Part shown: positions 11,009 through 21,829 of the stretch, in pieces | Numbering within the stretch: the stretch's first letter is position 1 | Layout: every line of letters begins with the position of its first letter | Assembly (NCBI GenBank): GCA_002269645.1 | Contig: NIVC01002567.1 | Location: 97,187 to 161,186, forward strand | Source of the DNA: Macrostomum lignano | Lineage: Eukaryota | Length of the DNA stretch: 64,000 nt | Direction of reading: 5' to 3' | Made by a program: the position numbers and the translations under genes | Notes under the pieces: generated by a model | The model's input: the letters and a program-made list of their open reading frames with translations, nothing else | The model's database searches: none | What the model was told of the DNA's origin: nothing

Positions 11009-11564
11009 GCAGCCTAGGGCTCCCTGAGCCTCCGACCTCACCACAGCAACTATCCAGCACACCACAAGCAGCTGCTTCTTTGCATCGAACTTCATTTAAC
11101 CTCGTGACTTTGGCATCGTCTGCAATTGCATTAGCATTCATTCTCATGCATGCACAGCCTCTCTGTTGTATCCGGACGCAACACTCAGGTTGAGGAGGCG
11201 TTAAGGTTCGCATAATTTTTTAAAATTTATCTGCAATTCAACTTTGTCTGTGCAAATTAAGCCGCTCATTCTACTTGAAGATTTCAATTTTCTGTTCACT
11301 ACTTTTGTAAAATATCCTTAAAGCTTGCAATAAGTCGTTTTTGTTTGGTGAATTTTCGCAATAAATTATTTCATTTTAAATTCATGCTGACAAAAGGTGT
11401 ATTTCTGCCGGCTGTAAAAAATCTGGACTTTGATACGCTTTTGCTTAACATTCTGATACTCTCTACTTGTCAGTAGACTCTTTCGCAAACCAGCGACTCT
11501 TTCTTTGAATCTTTCATTCATCGGGCTGGCCCGATCAGTGACAATCAGGAAGCCAGCAACGGGA

Positions 11565-13649
11565 TCAGCTGACCAGCTCGCACACCTGGGCGCATCTCTC
11601 CGTGTACAGATCAGCGAAGCGCCTGGCCAACTCCAGGAACGGCTGCTCAACGCCTTGGCCGTCCTTGGCGGAGGCCTCGAAGTAGGCCAGGCCGGCGGAC
11701 TGCGCCAGCTCCTGGCCTTGGCTTGGTGTCACAATGCGCCGGTTGTCCAGGTCGGACTTCAGCGCCACCAGAGCTGTGGGAATCGGCGCCAGCTGAGAAC
11801 AGGGGGAGGGGGAGTTTCTGATGCAGAAGGCCGCTGGCAAATCATGAAGTTTTCCGTCTTTCAACACTATTAAATTCTCCTCAGCATCTCACCTTGTGGA
11901 CTCCTGAATCACAAATGAAGCCATGCATTGTTTGTTCTCTCCAAGGCTTACTCAAAAGCTTATCAAGTTATTCGTTCACAAACTGCTACCCGAAGCTGAT
12001 AGGCAAAGGCAAAGGCATTTATGCACTGATTTTGATAAACATATTTTGAAAAACGCAAATTATATTACTCACAATTGTCAGTAGTGTACTATAAATTTCA
12101 TACCTTCCCTTTAATACGAGTACATGTACCTAACATAGCTTGCTGGTCGTATATCTGCCTGAATGTCTACTTCCAGTTACACCATATATACACTCCCAAT
12201 GTCTACTTCCAGTTACCTACCATGTATACTCCAAATGTCTACTTCCATTTACCTACCATGTATACTCCCAATGTCTACTTCCAACACCTACCATGTATAC
12301 TCCAAATGTCTACTTCCAACGCCTACCATGTATACTCCAAATGTCTACTTCCAACACCTACCATGTATACTCCAAATGTCTACTTCCAACACCTACCATG
12401 TATACTCCAAATGTCTACTTCCAAGTTGCCTACCATGTATACTCCAAATGTCTACTTCCAGTTACCTACCATGTATACTCCAAATGTCTACTTCCAACAC
12501 CTACCATGTATACTCCAAATGTCTACAAATGTTAAGGTATTTTAGAAGTAGTTTTTCAAAATTTATGGTATACTATTGATATTGGTGAATAATATTGCTG
12601 TGTAGTGAGTAAAATATTGCAAATATTGGATTAGTTAAGCAGTACATGTTTATAGATTATTTTCTTAGCGTATTTTCCTCATATTTCTACTGTCAGTAGA
12701 GTATCAAATAAAAGTCCTGCATAATTTAGACTAGCTATTTTTGTTGCACGCTGTATATTAATTTGTAGATTTGTCAGATTTTTATATGCGGTTATTTCGC
12801 GACGGTCCAGGCAGGTATCGCGTACAGAAAATAAATATATCGGAGCTGTCCATAGCTCCACTTACCTTTCTTCACAAATGCAACACAGTTTCCCAAAAGC
12901 GGCACTGAAACGCGTGCTAAGCAGAGACAGCTAGGAACAGATGGAATTTAGCTGGAACTCTGCCTGTCCCGCCGGTCTCTCTCCGATAGCATTTCATGAA
13001 CGAATATAGCGATCGATAAACTTAAGTGATCAAATAAGTAACTGCATGGAGATTAAATTACTATATATGAAGAAATTCTGTATACAATTCAGCCCACTTC
13101 CTGTGATTTTGTTTGTGTTCTCAGAAGTATCATATCCACCACAAAGCAGCTATTATTAGCATTTATCATGCACTATTCTAGCAATTCGCTTACCACCTGC
13201 TGCTGCTGCTGCTGCGGCTTTGATGGCTTCATCTGCCGGCTGCCTCTGCCTCTCTCTACCAGCCTCTGCAGTTTGCCCAGCCAGTGACGGCATTTTTCAA
13301 AGGACGCCTCGCTGGTGACGTCATAGGTCAGCACGCACAGGTCGGGTCCCTCCGCGTGGCCCTCCACCGCGTCGGCGTAGACCTCCTGGCCGGCGCAGTC
13401 ATAGATGTGCAGCTCGACCTGCACCTGCTGCTGCTGCTGCATCTGTAGCTGATGCTGCTCAGTGACCCGACTGCTCAGCGGTGCTGCCGCTGGCGGAGTG
13501 ACCGCTTTCACTAGAAGCTCCACGCCCAGCGTCATGTTGTAGTTCTTGGGAAAGTGCTGCCCATCGGAATGGAAAGTCTGCACCAGGGCGCTCTTGCCCG
13601 CGGCCGCGTCTCCCAGCACAATTGTCTTTGCGCGAAGCAGCAGAGGCAT
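11565..13649 (-). CDS. IFT27: Intraflagellar transport protein 27 (Rab-like 4); exons 13649-13194 and 11792-11565
   Basis: MPLLLRAKTIVLGDAAAGKSALVQTFHSDGQHFPKNYNMTLGVELLVK...VELHIYDCAGQE...YDVTSEASFEKCRHWL...YFEASAKDGQGVEQPFLELARRFADLY aligns with human IFT27 ([36 protein letters not shown]...). Donor GTAAG at 13193 and acceptor ttctcag at 11793 are both phase 0. Confidence 0.93.
12160..12530. repeat. ~35-bp minisatellite in the IFT27 intron
   Basis: tactccaaatgtctacttccaacacctaccatgta-type units. Confidence 0.9.
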
Positions 13650-13951
13650 GCTTCTCTGCGGTGTTGAATTTCTTCTTTCCCTGGCAACCAGATCCGGCCT
13701 AGCTGCAGCCTGGGTCCACCTGTCCTCCTTTATGGGATGATTTTTACAGCAGCCGCAAACCCATTGTCTATACTCTGCAATTGTTCCTAACTTGCTGGCG
13801 TTGCTTCTCCTCCCTTCTCTTCTGCCAGTGCTCTCTCGCATTCAAGTCCAGCGCGGCAGTGAGTGTACATTCAATCCAGCATGAGTATGTTTTGAGTACC
13901 GCTTCTCATGCACCTGCAGCATAGCAACAGTTGAGCATATGGGTGTATTTG

Positions 13952-13962
13952 CTATCTATCTA

Positions 13963-13997
<35 letters not shown>

Positions 13998-14082
13998 GTC
14001 TATCTATCTATCTATCTGTCTATCTATCTATCTATCTGTCTATCTATCTATCTATCTATCTATCTGTCTATCTATCTATCTG

Positions 14083-14141
<59 letters not shown>

Positions 14142-14177
14142 GTCTATCTATCTATCTATCTATCTATCTGTCTATCC

Positions 14178-14233
<56 letters not shown>

Positions 14234-14234
14234 G

Positions 14235-14285
<51 letters not shown>

Positions 14286-14326
14286 GTCTATCCATCTATC
14301 TGTCTATCTATCTATCTATCTATCTG

Positions 14327-14365
<39 letters not shown>

Positions 14366-14401
14366 GTCTATCTATCTATCTATCTATCTATCTGTCTATC
14401 C

Positions 14402-14449
<48 letters not shown>

Positions 14450-14450
14450 G

Positions 14451-14481
<31 letters not shown>

Positions 14482-14489
14482 GTCTATCC

Positions 14490-14533
<44 letters not shown>

Positions 14534-14558
14534 GTCTATTTGTCTATCTATCTATCTG

Positions 14559-14597
<39 letters not shown>

Positions 14598-14598
14598 C

Positions 14599-14629
<31 letters not shown>

Positions 14630-14637
14630 GTCTATCC

Positions 14638-14674
<37 letters not shown>

Positions 14675-14675
14675 C
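13952..14675. repeat. (TCTA)n microsatellite with TCTG/TCCA variants
   Basis: Directly visible. Confidence 0.97.
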
Positions 14676-14994
14676 AGTAGAAATAAGGAAAAGGAAATCT
14701 CATTTATTTCACCGAGTTGATCAAATTTATATTTTTTAACTGTTGCCAAACCCACTAAGCACACCGAGACACAAGACCGAGAACTTGAAACCGGCCTAGT
14801 AAAATTAAAACTTATTGATTTTTTTCGTGCTATTAAAAACTGAAAAAGCATAAAAGGACTTTAGAAGTATTAAATATTTAAGAAGATACTTGATAAAAAA
14901 TAGGTAGCGAATTTGGATAGAACTGTTTAATATTGATATTCGATACCAAAATTTAAGCAGAAGAGGATATTATAGTTAATAATATTGGGGCCTT

Positions 14995-15280
14995 AAAAGA
15001 TTCAATCCTGAAACTGTCAGATTCCATTCTGAAACTGTCAGATTCCATTCTGAAACTGTCAGATTCCATTCTGAAACTGTCAGATTCCATTCTGAAACTG
15101 TCAGATTCCATTCTGAAATTGTCAGATTCCATTCTGAAACTGTCAGATTCCATTCTGAAACAGTCAGATTCCATTCTGAAACTGTCAGATTCCATTCTGA
15201 AACTGTCAGATTCCATCCTGAAACTGTCAGATTCCATTCTGAAACTGTCAGATTCCATCCTGAAACTGTCAGATTCCATG
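14995..15280. repeat. 21-bp minisatellite
   Basis: (attccattctgaaactgtcag)n, ~13 copies. Confidence 0.93.
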
Positions 15281-15416
15281 CTTGAAATATTTGGATTTCA
15301 TCCTGACAGCCGCAAACTGAACCCGAAAACCGCAGACAAGAGGCAAATACTGGGGATCATGCAAAGTAATTGTTAGATTATTGTTACTGCAAATTGCACA
15401 ACGGAAGGCAGAGCCA

Positions 15417-15980
15417 TCACACCCGCTGGAAGGCCAGCTGGCCTGTGCTTCTCTCGATATAGTCCAGCTCCCGCTTCATCTGGCACAGAGCGCAGGGCAG
15501 CGAGCAGCTGCTCGTTACGCAGCAGTCGTCGATGGCTCCGCCCGAGATGCCGTGGGCGGCGCGCAGTTTGGTGCGGTAGACCAGAGGCGCTGAGTGGCCG
15601 CACAGCGACAGGCAGAACGGGGCGCAGCAGCTCTCGCCCATTCTCGGCGACAGGCTGCAGCACAAGAAGCAGGGGGTGCACCAGGTGACCAGGCAGCAGG
15701 AGCTCATGTCCTCGCAGCAGCCGCAGAGACTCGTCGACCAGGTGCGCAGCTGGCGCGGCTGGTTAGTCACCACGTTGCCCAGGTTGACCATCACGTGGGT
15801 GCCGCCGCCACTGCCGCCACTTCTGTCCATGTTGACTGACGGCTGGTTGTAACCCACTCGGTAGGGATCCATGCCGGATGCCGTTGGCTGCTGCTGAGTC
15901 ACCCAGTGCTGCTGCTGCTGCTGCTGGTCCTCGTCTTGGTCATACTTTGGCGGCGGAGCGGTCGGTTCGTAGCGAGCCAT
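15417..15980 (-). CDS. PLAC8/cornifelin-family Cys-rich protein, paralogue A (187 aa)
   Basis: WSTSLCGCCEDMSSCCLVTWCTPCFLC...GESCC...YRTKLRAAHGISGGAIDDCCV...CALCQMKREL is the canonical PLAC8 domain. The N-terminus is Q/P-rich. Confidence 0.92.
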   Translation of the reverse strand: MARYEPTAPPPKYDQDEDQQQQQQHWVTQQQPTASGMDPYRVGYNQPSVNMDRSGGSGGGTHVMVNLGNVVTNQPRQLRTWSTSLCGCCEDMSSCCLVTWCTPCFLCCSLSPRMGESCCAPFCLSLCGHSAPLVYRTKLRAAHGISGGAIDDCCVTSSCSLPCALCQMKRELDYIERSTGQLAFQRV

Positions 15981-16034
15981 GCTGCTTTCGGAGCTGCTGG
16001 GGCCGGGCGCGAAAAGGGGGACAGTGCTTTAACT

Positions 16035-16500
16035 GCGTGTCTTGGTGCGTCTGTCTGTCTTGGTGCGTCTGTCTGTCTTGGTGCGTCTGTCTGTCTGTCT
16101 TGGTGCGTCTGTCTGACTGTCTTGGTGCGTCTGTCTGACTGTCTTGGTGCGTCTGTCTGACTGTCTTGGTGTGCCTGTCTGTCTGTCTTGGTGCGTCTGT
16201 CTGTCTGTCTTGGTGCGACTGTCTGTCTGTCTTGGTGCGACTGTCTGTCTGTCTTGGTGCGTCTGTCTGTCTTGGTGCGTCTGTCTGACTGTCTTGGTGC
16301 GTCTGTCTGACTGTCTTGGTGTGCCTGTCTGTCTGTCTTGGTGTGTCTGTCTGTCTTGGTGTGTCTGTCTGTCTGTCTTGGTGCGACTGTCAGTCTGTCT
16401 TGGTGTGTCTGTCAGTCTGTCTTGGTGTGTCTGTCAGTCTGTCTTGGTGTGTCTGTCTGTCTTAGTGTGCCTGTCTTAGTGTCTCTGACTCTGCCTGTCT
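16035..16500. repeat. TCTG/tcttggtgcg compound repeat
   Basis: gtctgtctgtcttggtgc-type units. Confidence 0.9.
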
Positions 16501-17985
16501 TGTTGTCTGTCTGCACTTGCCTAATAATTGTTGAATAAGTGAATACTAGACACAATCGAGAAGGAAATCCTACACAAACTTAAAAGGTGTCCGAGATCCA
16601 GGCAGGATTCACTGACTCACTTTGCTGCGGTTCAATAATCAGTTCAGTTAAGTTCAGTTCGGACCAGTTGTGCATTTTAATAGCTTCTTCAAACATTTAT
16701 TCTAATTCGCAACAATCTCTATACTTTAGCTAACATGTATAGCAGTCTAGGACTCTGGCTCTGCAGTTTTTGTGAATTCGAATTTCCAAGAAATACGAGT
16801 GTTTCCAAGAAATGCGAATGCACACTGACTGACTAAGAGGTAACTGCAGTGTAGACACAAACAATTACAGATATGATATCTATCGAATGAATCAATGCCG
16901 TTGGCTCAAGGCTGACGTTGGCTATAGTATTATAATCATACGGTGTTTATAACGGCATGCCTTAGTTTTACGACCTGAGATAACAGAAACAGAAAATATA
17001 AGATGAATTAGTTTTTAAATAGTTTTTTCTTGAAAGTCCAAGTCCAGGTCTCTCTATATCGCCTATAGGAGTAGATCATATGCGAAAAGAGAGGATTACA
17101 AAAATGAAGAGATCACATCACATCTTACCTTCTTTGACTTTAGTTTATAACTTTAACTTGGCTTGACTGGTGGAACAAGTCCGGTAGCTAAATTTCCTGG
17201 AAATTGTGCTGGCTTGGCAGTCATTCCCCCTCAAGTTCCTCCAATATAAAGGCTGGTTCTCCGTCGTTCGCAAATGTACATACTCCCCACCCCACCCCCG
17301 CCCCAAATAAAGATAAGTGAGGGCCGCCAATGTACATTGCAAATGCCCACGGACAAAGGCGGGCCCCGTTTTTTAAAGTTTTAATGTTACTAATAAACTT
17401 TTATATACGAGCGTACTTATTATAGCTTGTTTTCTTGGCTGAAGTATATTATATTATAAAATAAATTAGAATAAGATGTCTGCGTAAGTTGTAGGGGAAG
17501 GTTTCACAAACCCGAATTTTCGCAATGTTGAAAGTTGTCTATAAACTTGGTCTGGCCACGTTAAAGCGAGCGTTAAATTGTCAACCCCAGCCTGTATATG
17601 GACATTCAATGTTATCCTGCCGAGTGCGTTACTGTGGGCCATAGAGAGTGTGTGAATGCGGTTGCGGCCATAGACAAAAAGAGTAACTATGTTTTATCAT
17701 AGAACTTAAACATAGAGACTGAATATATTATGACTGGAGGTAGTGTACGAGCTATACGACAATAACAAACCAAGCAATATAGAAAAAGAGTAATAGCACA
17801 ATTGCGGCAGTGTGCGTAGCATAATTAATTCCCTTTAAAGATTATATAGATATAGATAATGAACCTGTAGTACTTATAAAAATGGCTGGCTGAAAGGCTA
17901 TTGGCTATATTTTAAGGCTTATCACAATTCCCAAATAGTGCGCGACATACCCTAGATAGATAGCAACCCTTCGCTTCAACCTGCA

Positions 17986-18900
17986 TAGGGATTCCAAAAT
18001 CCCGACATTTTACAATCCCGGGATTGAATAGTCCCGAAATCCCGATGCTGTTGAAATCCCGGGATTCAAAATCCCGGAATCCCGGTGCTTTTGCAATCCC
18101 GGGATTAAAAATCCCGGGATTCGATTCCCAAAAAAATCCCGGGATTCAAATCCCGGATTTTTGGCCCCAATCCCGGGATCCCGGGATCCCGGGATTGGAA
18201 TCCTAAGACGGACTGTGCGGCGTGCCGCGTGCAGTAGTCATGGTCTCGCGACTCTCAGAGTCTCAGGGCCTTTTCATATTACCAATTCCAGAACCAGAAT
18301 CGGTTCGGAATTCCAAGAAAAACAGCAGTATAACTATTAAACTCTGTTAATATTTGACTGCCTTAACAGCCTCACTTTGCACGATTTTTCACTTTCTTCT
18401 TGGCGACTGTCATTCAATGATAAAAACTTTATAGCACGTATCTCCCTCTAGTTATGGAGACAAAAAGTTTATACTTCACAAATTGGTTCTGGTTCTGGAA
18501 CCAGAACAAGCACTATGAAAAGGCCCTCAGTCTCGTCTCGTGGTGGAAAACGAAAAAAAGTTAAAATTATCTATCATTTACAGTTCACATTAACAATTTT
18601 TAGCTCAATTAGGACAGGAGCTTTGCAAAATGTTTAACGTTTCATTGAGAAACAGCAAAAACAAATAAATGTTTTATTATTCAAATAAACGTTTAGACTT
18701 TAAATTATCTAACTTAGGCATTGAAAGGTTGTTCTAATCCCGGACCAATCCCGGGATTAAGGCCTTGAAACCCCGGGATCCCGATCCCGGACTTTTGCAA
18801 TCCCGGGATTAGAAATCCCGGGATTCGATTCCCAAAAAAATCCCGGGATTCAAATCCCGGATTTTTGGCCCCAATCCCGGGATCCCGGGATTGGAATCCC
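17986..18900. mobile_element. Non-autonomous hAT-like element with ATCCCGGGAT palindrome arrays at both ends
   Basis: Left end TAGGGATTCCAA and right end TTGGAATCCC. The 8-bp direct repeat AACCTGCA flanks it at 17978-17985 and 18901-18908. An extra right-TIR copy (TTGGAATCCTA) ends at 18205. Confidence 0.65.
18266..18526. mobile_element. PIF/Harbinger-type MITE (261 bp) nested in the hAT-like element
   Basis: Perfect 13-bp TIRs GGGCCTTTTCATA and TATGAAAAGGCCC, with a 3-bp TSD TCA on both sides (18263-18265, 18527-18529). Confidence 0.82.
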
Positions 18901-19479
18901 AACCTGCAACCTTGTCCAACCAACCAGCCAACGAACTAGTAGCTACTGCTAATATTAAAACCAACACTATACTACTAGTCTAATAAACGCTAGGAATATG
19001 TTATAACAATGGGTGTAAACAATAAGAAAGAGGGAGAGAACGAGCGACGATGCACAAACAGCACAACAACGCGCGCAATATGAGGCGCAGATTCATTGTA
19101 ATTATGAGATGAAAATATTGAAAAATATTGGGGCCTATATATAAAGGAGAGATGAGAAAGTTACAACAAAAAGAGCATTATCTAGATTTCACAATTACCA
19201 ATTAATTAGTTATGTTAATAGCTACTTATTAATTAATTAATTTACCTCAAGAAACGCTCTAATTTTGCGACGTAAATCTTGTCTTAATTTTCTTTTGTGT
19301 AGTGTATAAAAACTCCAATTTTTTCTTTTCGTCTGTGATCTGGTCCCACATATTGTGACTTAAAAATGAGCCCCCATTTTGTGCTAGCTCTGTTCTGTAT
19401 ACATAGAGCGTTTCAATAGGTTCAATTTTATAATAATATTTTTATCGTTTATGGTCAAAGTTATCAATCAATTAAGTTC

Positions 19480-21020
19480 TTACTGATGTCGAGCTGATGT
19501 CGAGCAACAAAAACCTCGACGATCTAGATGATGGCGATGGGGACATCTGCTCGATGCAGCTGGATGCCATGATTGTTGCCTGCCGACGCCGCCGCTTCTG
19601 ATCCGCATAGGTTGTCGCCTGCGAAAGCGAAAGAAACGTCGACGCTGCACCGCTTTCATCTGGCCTGTCAACAACAATAGCGAGCTGCTGATCATCGACG
19701 GCGGCGGCGGCGGCGGCGGCAGCGGCGGCTTCATCCTCCGCCGAGATAGACTTTTGTGGCAGCGGCCTTCGACGACGTCTACTACCGGAAGGTGGCTGCT
19801 GACGATGCTCAGATTGCTTTTTTTGTTGTTGTTGTTGTTGTTGTTGTTGTTTTTGTTGTCTAGATATAGAACTGGCTTCAGCAGCAGCATCAGCGGCGCC
19901 GCGGCGGCGGTACGTCCAGCCACCAGAGCAGCAATCGTCGCCTGCATATTGGTCTTATTGGACAACATAGAGTCCGTGGCATAATGCCTAAACAGCATGG
20001 CCTCCGACGTCTCCATCAGGCTGGCTAGTGATCTTGTCAGCACAGGATGACTGGCGGTCAAGATGGTCGTTTTGGAGCTGCGGAACACTGTCGGCCCTAC
20101 GCCTCTGCGATTTAACAGGCGGGCAGCGTGCGATTCCACCGCGTGGCTGTATGTGCTGACTGACATCTTCTTGCCAGCACGCGTACAAAATACAAACGGA
20201 GATGCGGCGGCGGCAGCGGCGAATGCAGACGAAGAAGCAGCGGCTGTCAGCGAATAGCGCCATGACCGCAGCAACTCAAAGAATGCAGTTGGCACGATTG
20301 TCCATCCGGTAGACACTGTCGGGTTGAATGTAATCCCAGCGCAGTCCAATCCATGGCCGAATGCGTTGCGGATGCTGCATAGTCGCATGCATGACCAATC
20401 TGTTGCGCCCGCTGCTGTTGCTGCTTGGCGCGAGCAGATCAACGCAGTCAGCTAGGACAATGCGCCATTCGCCATCAGTTAGCCGCTTCTTGCGCTTTTT
20501 AGCGTGATGCTCCGGTGCGTCGAGCTTGTAGCGAAAGTCGTGCGTCTGACGCAGTGTGCGCATTCGTTTCGAAAACATGGCGCACCGCTCGCTCAGCACG
20601 ACAGTCAGCTCGATCGGCAGCTGCATCCAACCGCCCATGTAGTGGCGATGTTTGCCGGGATCATACTCGACGAACATTTCAATAAATTTCATGCACTTTA
20701 TCAGCGCCTCGGAACGGTTGCGCACAGTCCCGCTGCTCGTACTGGTGCGCGACAGCTCGGCGGCAGCCTCCGACGGCTCGGCCAGACAATACTCAAAGTC
20801 GCGCCGATGGTGAAGCTGACGCGCTCGAGAGATGTTGGCCTGCAGGTTGTCAGCGTCGAGATCGACAGCGGCCGCCGCCACAGTTTCAGCATATGCCACC
20901 GACGCAATTTTGTCAAACAGGAACACTAACAGGCGCAGCAGGGCGTCCAGCGCATCGCAGTAGCCGTCAATATCGGGATCACGGATGCCGGTGGATGGGT
21001 ACCAGTAAAGATACTCTATC
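19480..21020 (-). pseudogene. Tyrosine recombinase (phage-integrase fold), split by a frameshift/deletion near 20300
   Basis: ORF 20276-20926 has SSGTVRNRSEALIKCMKF (core-binding-like), KRLTDGEWRIVL and box I RNRLVMHATMQHPQRIRPWIGLRWDYI (cf. RDRAIL.LL..TGLR.SEL..LRW.DI). ORF 19480-20442 has IVPTAFFELLRSW...PFVFCTRAGKKMS, box II GPTVFRSSKTT and LASLMETSEAMLFRHY (putative catalytic Tyr at 19981-19983). Confidence 0.78.
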
Positions 21021-21485
21021 GCCTGTTGTCGCCGCAGTAAGCCGACAGCACGGGGGATGCCCGTTTGACTCGGGGAAGCGGCGGCGGCGGCGGCGGCGGC
21101 AGCGGGATAGCGGATAATGCAGGCGTAGCCGCCGCCAAAGCCGAAGGCGCAGGTGGAGCCGCTGACTGAGGCGCAGGTGGAGCCAATGATGAAGCTGCTG
21201 CCAGCGCAGGCCGAGCCGCCTCCGGTGCCATGTCCTCAACAGCCGCTGCCGCCGGTGTGCCAGTCGACAATAACAGACGGGCATGCTTCTTGGCGTGCTT
21301 CGCAGCATCCCTGTACCACATAGCACGCTCCGCGAAATATTTCTCGGCGCGATCAGAGCGCGTCGCGGCCGCTTCTTCGGCTGGGCGAAGGATCAGGCGC
21401 CGCCAGTGCCACGTCGTCGCCAGGGGTTAGCGAAATGGGCGGCAACGCCTCCTCGCTGTTTCCGGACGCACGGAGCCCCCTGCAG

Positions 21486-21731
21486 CTAAGTCAAGTCAAA
21501 GAAGTGCCACGTCGTTCGCTGCAGCGGCGTCCAGGTGGCCACACTACTCGCCACCGTGCCTGCAGATGAATTAATTGATGCATCCTGGCACCAGACGGCA
21601 TGCTTGGCGAAAAAGTGCCGCTTTAGAGTGTCGACTCGAGGCGTCGCGTAATTACAACCTTCGATTGGACAGGGCCTGGCCGTCGGCTTAGCAGATTTCT
21701 GCTGCTTCGGAACCGTGCTGACCGACGCCAC
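21486..21731 (-). CDS. Short C2H2 zinc-finger ORF (GTG start), possibly the decayed N-terminus of the recombinase gene
   Basis: CPIEGCNYATPRVDTLKRHFFAKH has C-x4-C-x12-H-x4-H spacing. Confidence 0.55.
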   Translation of the reverse strand: MASVSTVPKQQKSAKPTARPCPIEGCNYATPRVDTLKRHFFAKHAVWCQDASINSSAGTVASSVATWTPLQRTTWHFFDLT

Positions 21732-21829
21732 CGCAGAGATGCCTGAGCACGCGTGAGAGAGATATATATTGCGCTCTTATACAGCGAATAATAATTAAAA
21801 GCGTGACCATAAACAAAACAAAAATTTCA

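Noticed and set aside
13650-13841. N-terminal extension of the IFT27 ORF (MRESTGRR...)
   Set aside because: Homology to IFT27 starts at the ATG at 13649; the upstream part is probably UTR.
19131-19150. TATA-like site gggcctatatataaagg facing the recombinase 3' end
   Set aside because: No downstream plus-strand ORF or other support; it is compatible with chance in AT-rich DNA.
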